From an uncultured bacterium (GTDB lineage: Bacteria; Verrucomicrobiota; Kiritimatiellia; CAIVKH01): a stretch of 64,000 bases of DNA. Below are positions 62,518-64,000 of this stretch, in pieces. The notes beneath the pieces were generated by a model that was not told where the DNA came from, made no database searches, and was given only the letters and a program-made list of their open reading frames with translations. The position numbers and the translations under genes were made by a program. The stretch's first letter is position 1, and every line of letters begins with the position of its first letter. The stretch lies in NCBI GenBank assembly GCA_903906425.1, contig CAIVKH010000124.1, positions 35,981 to 99,980 on the forward strand. The letters run 5' to 3'.

Positions 62518-63705
62518 ATGATTTGCGCAGCAAAAAGAATCTGGCGTCCGCGCGCGGCGATCGGCGGCGCGCTCCTGATTGCCGCGTCTCTCATTTCTGG
62601 ATGCGGAACGGCGTCGCTGAATTCGGCGCGCGCGCTTTTCTATGCGGGCCGGTTCAACGCGGCCGATGAAAAACTTTCGAAGGACGGGGACCGCGGCACC
62701 GACCGGGCTTTGGTGCTGCTGGAACGCGGCACGATCCGTCAGGCTGCCGGAAAATATGAGCCGAGCGCGCGCGATTTCGACCTCGCCTACGATGAAATCA
62801 ACAGCATGAACGCCATCAGTATTTCGCAGGACACCGGCTCGATGGTCGTGAACGACACCGTCCAGGATTACCGCGGCGAGCCGTTCGAGCGGACGCTCAT
62901 GCACGCGATTGATGCGAATAATTATCTGGGGCTGGGCAAGTGGGACGATGCCGCCGTCGAGGCGCGCCGCATCACGAAATCCCTCGAACCCGACGTGCGC
63001 GGCGATTATCCCGAGGACGCCTATTCGCGTTATGTCGCCGGCTGCTGCTTCGAGCTGGCCAGCGATTCTTCCGCGGCATCCTTTGAATATCGGAAGGCCA
63101 ATGCCGTTGCGAAGGGGCCGCACATTGACGATGCGACCGGGAAGATTTCAGCGAGCAGCAATCAGCCGCCGCCCGCGGCATCCGGCGGTGACACGGGCGA
63201 ACTGATCTGCTTCGTGGCGATGGGCCGGTCGCCAACCGGGGAAGATTTGCTGAACGGCCACCGGGCCTATGGCAGCGCGCCCTTCGCCGAAATTGTCGCG
63301 AACGGCCGCGTGCTCGGCCGGAGCATCAACCTGGCCGACACGGCGCACCTCGCGTTTGTCACCGCGCAAAAAGAGGCATTCAGGAAGGCGGCAAAAACGG
63401 TGGCCCGCGTTGCAGCGAAGGAGACCATTGCGCATCAGCTCGAAAAGCAGGACGAACTTCTGGGCGCGGTCGCGCGGCTGATTCTGATCGGCCTTCTCGA
63501 ACGGCCAGACACGCGCCGGTGGGAAACACTTCCGCGGTGGTTGCAGGTCGCCCGGCTGCCTTGCCCGCGCGACCTGCGGGAATACGATGTGATCTTCCGC
63601 AATTCCAACGGCACCGAATTTGGCCGCCAGCACATCATCGGGCCGCTCCAGCGCAACGGGCAGGTTTTCGTTTCGTTTTGCCGCGACATCACTCAGCGGC
63701 CCTGA
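62518..63705 (+). CDS. Hypothetical lipoprotein (COG3014-like).
   Basis: Lipobox LISGC. Often found next to LpoB-like genes; that statement is from memory, not verified. Confidence 0.45.
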   Translation: MICAAKRIWRPRAAIGGALLIAASLISGCGTASLNSARALFYAGRFNAADEKLSKDGDRGTDRALVLLERGTIRQAAGKYEPSARDFDLAYDEINSMNAISISQDTGSMVVNDTVQDYRGEPFERTLMHAIDANNYLGLGKWDDAAVEARRITKSLEPDVRGDYPEDAYSRYVAGCCFELASDSSAASFEYRKANAVAKGPHIDDATGKISASSNQPPPAASGGDTGELICFVAMGRSPTGEDLLNGHRAYGSAPFAEIVANGRVLGRSINLADTAHLAFVTAQKEAFRKAAKTVARVAAKETIAHQLEKQDELLGAVARLILIGLLERPDTRRWETLPRWLQVARLPCPRDLREYDVIFRNSNGTEFGRQHIIGPLQRNGQVFVSFCRDITQRP

Positions 63706-63786
63706 TGCCCGCTTTATGACCTGAATTTTTTTGAGTTATATTGACGGGTGATCTTTGCTAGCGTGCCGTTGCCTTTTATTGAGCCA

Positions 63787-64000
63787 ATGAACGGATCGAA
63801 ACCACAGGTGGGAGGCGTAGATGCGGCGTTGGGAAACGCGGGCGTCAGTGACGAGGTGTTTTCCTATACGGGCCGGATGGCGCTGAATGCAGTCTGCCTT
63901 TTCGTGGCAGAGTGCTCGATGCTGCTGTTGTCACTGCTTGCCGGCGGGCTGCTGCGCTGGTGGTGGAAGGGCGATCCGATGTTTTCATCATGGATGCCCC
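63787..64000 (+). CDS. Membrane protein, N-terminal fragment (gene runs off the right edge).
   Basis: Hand translation gives MNGSKPQVGGVDAALGNAGVSDEVFSYTGRMALNAVCLFVAECSMLLLSLLAGGLLRWWW... It could be the start of a polyprenyl-phosphate sugar transferase, but that is only a guess. Confidence 0.35.
   Translation, partial: MNGSKPQVGGVDAALGNAGVSDEVFSYTGRMALNAVCLFVAECSMLLLSLLAGGLLRWWWKGDPMFSSWMP

Noticed and set aside
1-64000. tRNA, rRNA, tmRNA, RNase P or SRP RNA genes, and integrase, transposase or recombinase genes that could explain the insertions.
   Set aside because: No intergenic segment has the length or conserved cores I would expect for these RNAs, and no ORF shows recombinase or transposase motifs. 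The islets therefore look like non-autonomous or decayed cargo.

Overview
High-GC bacterial chromosome segment, about 60-75% GC in the 60-nt lines I counted by hand, with roughly 58 protein-coding genes. I found no rRNA, tRNA, CRISPR array, integrase or transposase. The gene content (sulfatase, Kelch and FG-GAP propellers, beta-helix proteins, many lipoproteins) would fit the PVC superphylum, but I cannot verify that.

Gene content from left to right:
- 1-16.5 kb: a surface-polysaccharide locus. It holds a GDP-heptose module (HddC/HddA-like plus two SDR enzymes), several GT1, GT2 and GT-C glycosyltransferases, a DegT/RfbH-like PLP enzyme, a B12-radical-SAM enzyme, a miniature split ThDP E1 alpha/beta pair, a 1109-aa GHMP-like/UDPGP fusion and a GalU-like enzyme.
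- 16.5-31.4 kb: secreted and envelope proteins (beta-helix, LolA-like, sulfatase, MFS, CrcB plus DUF190, a GT2/YfhO-like pair, Kelch).
- 31.4-43.4 kb: a DeoR-regulated E2-E3-E1 2-oxoacid dehydrogenase operon invaded by foreign DNA.
- 43.5-64 kb: housekeeping and envelope genes, including unlinked parA and parB.

Main findings:
1. A visibly lower-GC 3-kb insertion between E3 and E1 carries one 923-aa gene. It fuses a TIR-like/DUF4062 N-terminus and an nSTAND-type NTPase to a histidine-kinase transmitter, with no response regulator nearby.
2. Two nested relic copies of the E1 3' end lie downstream of the intact gene. They bracket two small cargo islets. One islet is a low-GC two-gene cassette (a 66-aa protein plus a 229-aa membrane-anchored helical protein). 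The other holds a strictly 21-bp-periodic repeat array.
3. A 15-bp palindrome, TTCCAATSATTGGAA, occurs 42 times in 18 intergenic clusters with a fixed 32-33 bp pitch.
4. An OmpA/MotB-like membrane protein directly downstream of parA has a ParB-type N-terminal LGRGLG peptide.

All functional calls come from motifs I recognised by eye in the supplied translations. No database search was run.
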